Assembly: GCA_965223865.1 (NCBI GenBank)
Contig: CBDCXP010000003.1
Span: 1-11,096 of the forward strand
Direction: 5' to 3'
DNA length: 11,096 nt
Source of the DNA: Nitrosarchaeum sp.
GTDB taxonomy: Archaea; Thermoproteota; Nitrososphaeria; Nitrososphaerales; Nitrosopumilaceae
In this document: piece after piece, positions 9,259 through 11,096 of the stretch
How positions within the stretch are numbered: position 1 is the stretch's first letter
Layout of the letters: every line of letters starts with the position of its first letter
Notes under the pieces: model-generated
The model's database searches: none
Told to the model about the DNA's origin: nothing
Seen by the model: the letters and a program-made list of their open reading frames with translations, nothing else
Position numbers and translations under genes: made by a program

Positions 9259-9957
9259 TATGATATGTAAATCTAAACAATCAACCACGTTAGCAAAAGT
9301 GACCTTGACCCTCAAAGTTAAGGGTCAAGGTCATAGTGCAAACACACCTAAATCATGATATTTCATAAACTATCGGTCTCATGGAATTATTTTGACATGT
9401 ACAGCAACATAAGCAACTATGCGGAACAAACATGATCTTGACCTTCAAGGTCAAAGTGCTTAAATCAGCAACTCTTGCAAAATATTGGTCCCTAGAAGTT
9501 GATTTTGATATGTACATCCACATAATCAACCATGGGAAACAAAATTTCAACTTGATTTTCAAGGTCAAAGGTACACGTAAGATCATAGTATGACTGTAAT
9601 TATTTCACCATATCTTGTACACTACTGTGGGTGGTAAATCTTAACATGTGCACCCACTTATTCAACCACGGGAAACAGTTTGTAACCTTGATATTCAAGG
9701 TCATAATGCAAATACACTTAAATCATGCTGCCTCATGGTTTGCTGCATAAGCATCAATACAGAATAAAATGCAACCTTGGTTTTCAAGTTCATGGTCAAA
9801 TGATGCCAAATATTGGTCATAAAGAACTAATTTTGATATGTATACCCACAGCATCAAGCATGGGAAACAAAATGTGACCTTAACCTTCTTATAGAGAGGT
9901 CTAGGTAATAGTGAGAATGACTGTAGAATGAAGGGTATGCACAAACCATATTTCACA
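9259..9957 (+). repeat. Internal degenerate satellite, copy 4
   Basis: Same as 1507-2205 at +7752. Confidence 0.85.
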
Positions 9958-10073
9958 AACCATGTATTATGATCTTAGTCTGAAACTCTCTATATCTTAG
10001 TAATCTTGAATGTGACACTTTGGTGGAACACTCTATAATGTGTGTATCAGTACCCAAACATGGTGTCTTACTC

Positions 10074-10146
10074 TGTATGTGGCAGGAATCGAACTCATGT
10101 CCCTTACATTGACAGCCGAGCATGCTATGAACTGTGCTAAAACACA
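10074..10146 (-). pseudogene. tRNA-derived head B, copy 4
   Basis: Same as 2322-2394 at +7752. Confidence 0.7.
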
Positions 10147-10297
10147 GGCATTGTAGACTATTATTTTAAATTGCATGTGGAATTCATGCACTATCAAAAG
10201 GTTTTTTGCACCAGTAAAAATTGACAAAAAGAAGATGGAAAACGAAATAAAATGGCCTACTGTTTCTAGAAACAAAATTTATATAAAAGATAATTTT

Positions 10298-10370
10298 TAC
10301 CTGAAGCAGGCCTTGAACTCACAACCCTTAGACTATGAGGCAAGCATGCTACCAATTGAGCTAAATACCC
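10298..10370 (-). pseudogene. tRNA-derived head A, copy 4
   Basis: Same as 2546-2618 at +7752. Confidence 0.75.
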
Positions 10371-11096
10371 AGTTGAAATCTTGTAACATAATGTCATAAA
10401 GAGAAGCCTGTCCTGCTCAATTATCTTGTAATTGAGGGCCATCTGGTGGTATGAAACAAGACTTTGAACAGTCACCCTCTTTGCAACATATTTTGCCATA
10501 TTTGAACTAAATGCATCAGACAATGTGCCTAAATTCATGCCAGTAATAAGTAGTTAATGGAGAACTCTCATTTAGTCAAGTTATAAAAAGATTAAAACTG
10601 ATCATGAAGACAAAAATTGAAAAAGAAGCTCCACTTAAATACCGGCAACACCACAGTTCACTCTGGGACAAATTTCCTTGGTTTATATAGACCAAAATTT
10701 CATTCATATTTGTACTTGTATGTTTCACCAGCTCTTGGATGTTGCAGACTGATTTGGTTACACATGGTTTCATGCATTATGGCCCGGGATCCGCATGTTT
10801 CCTCCCCTGCTAGTGTTCTCAAATTGGGTTGTAATATTCACCTGCTGATGAAGCCTGGCCAGAGAAAAAACGGATGTTTTTATATTTTTTGTCAAATAAG
10901 ATTTTCTACATTAATTACAGCTTTAGAATTCAAATGATGCTTCAAGTATTTATTTTTATGTTGCTTATTATTTTTTTATTAGCCAGTGACAATAGGCACT
11001 GTATGATCAAGGTCAAGGTCATCACCAGAGGCCTTAAAACTTTCCTTCATGAGCTATGCAAACCATCAGGTGTCAGCTTGAGTGTTTATAAAGAAG

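Larger units (their letters stand above)
1..11096. repeat. Tandem array (macrosatellite-like) of a 2584-bp monomer, ~4.3 apparently identical copies; phases 1-2584, 2585-5168, 5169-7752, 7753-10336, 10337-11096 (partial)
   Basis: The opening sequence GAGGCAAGCATGCTACCAATTGAG recurs at 2585, 5169, 7753 and 10337. All ORFs recur with identical translations at +2584 offsets, and spot checks outside the ORFs showed no differences. The true monomer boundary is not visible. Confidence 0.99.

Noticed and set aside
240-10937. All short ORFs (65-106 aa) in the ORF track
   Set aside because: They have no recognisable domains, overlap on both strands and cross microsatellite, satellite and tRNA-like sequence. 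They recur only because the DNA is repeated.

Overview
This window is AT-rich (roughly one-third GC), CpG-poor, eukaryotic-looking non-coding DNA. It consists entirely of a head-to-tail tandem array with a period of exactly 2584 bp: 4 full copies plus 760 bp. I saw no differences between copies, and the ORF track repeats exactly every 2584 bp. No ORF looks like a real protein. The monomer is a mosaic of old, decayed repeats. (i) Two co-oriented minus-strand tRNA-derived heads with Pol III A/B boxes, 224 bp apart, with CAT and GTC at the anticodon position. (ii) A CTCF-like motif and an 8-bp hairpin just upstream of them. (iii) A (CTGT/GT)n microsatellite and TGACCTTGA/TCAAGGTCA palindromes of the kind found in invertebrate (e.g. 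mollusc-type) Helentron/HINE/MITE repeats. (iv) An internal array of about six diverged ~100-135 bp subunits arranged as two higher-order trimers. (v) A second diverged ~132-136 bp duplication. The best reading is a very recently amplified 2.6-kb macrosatellite, or a concatemer of a 2584-bp circle, built from ancient transposon debris. A sequencing or assembly artefact cannot be excluded from the sequence alone.
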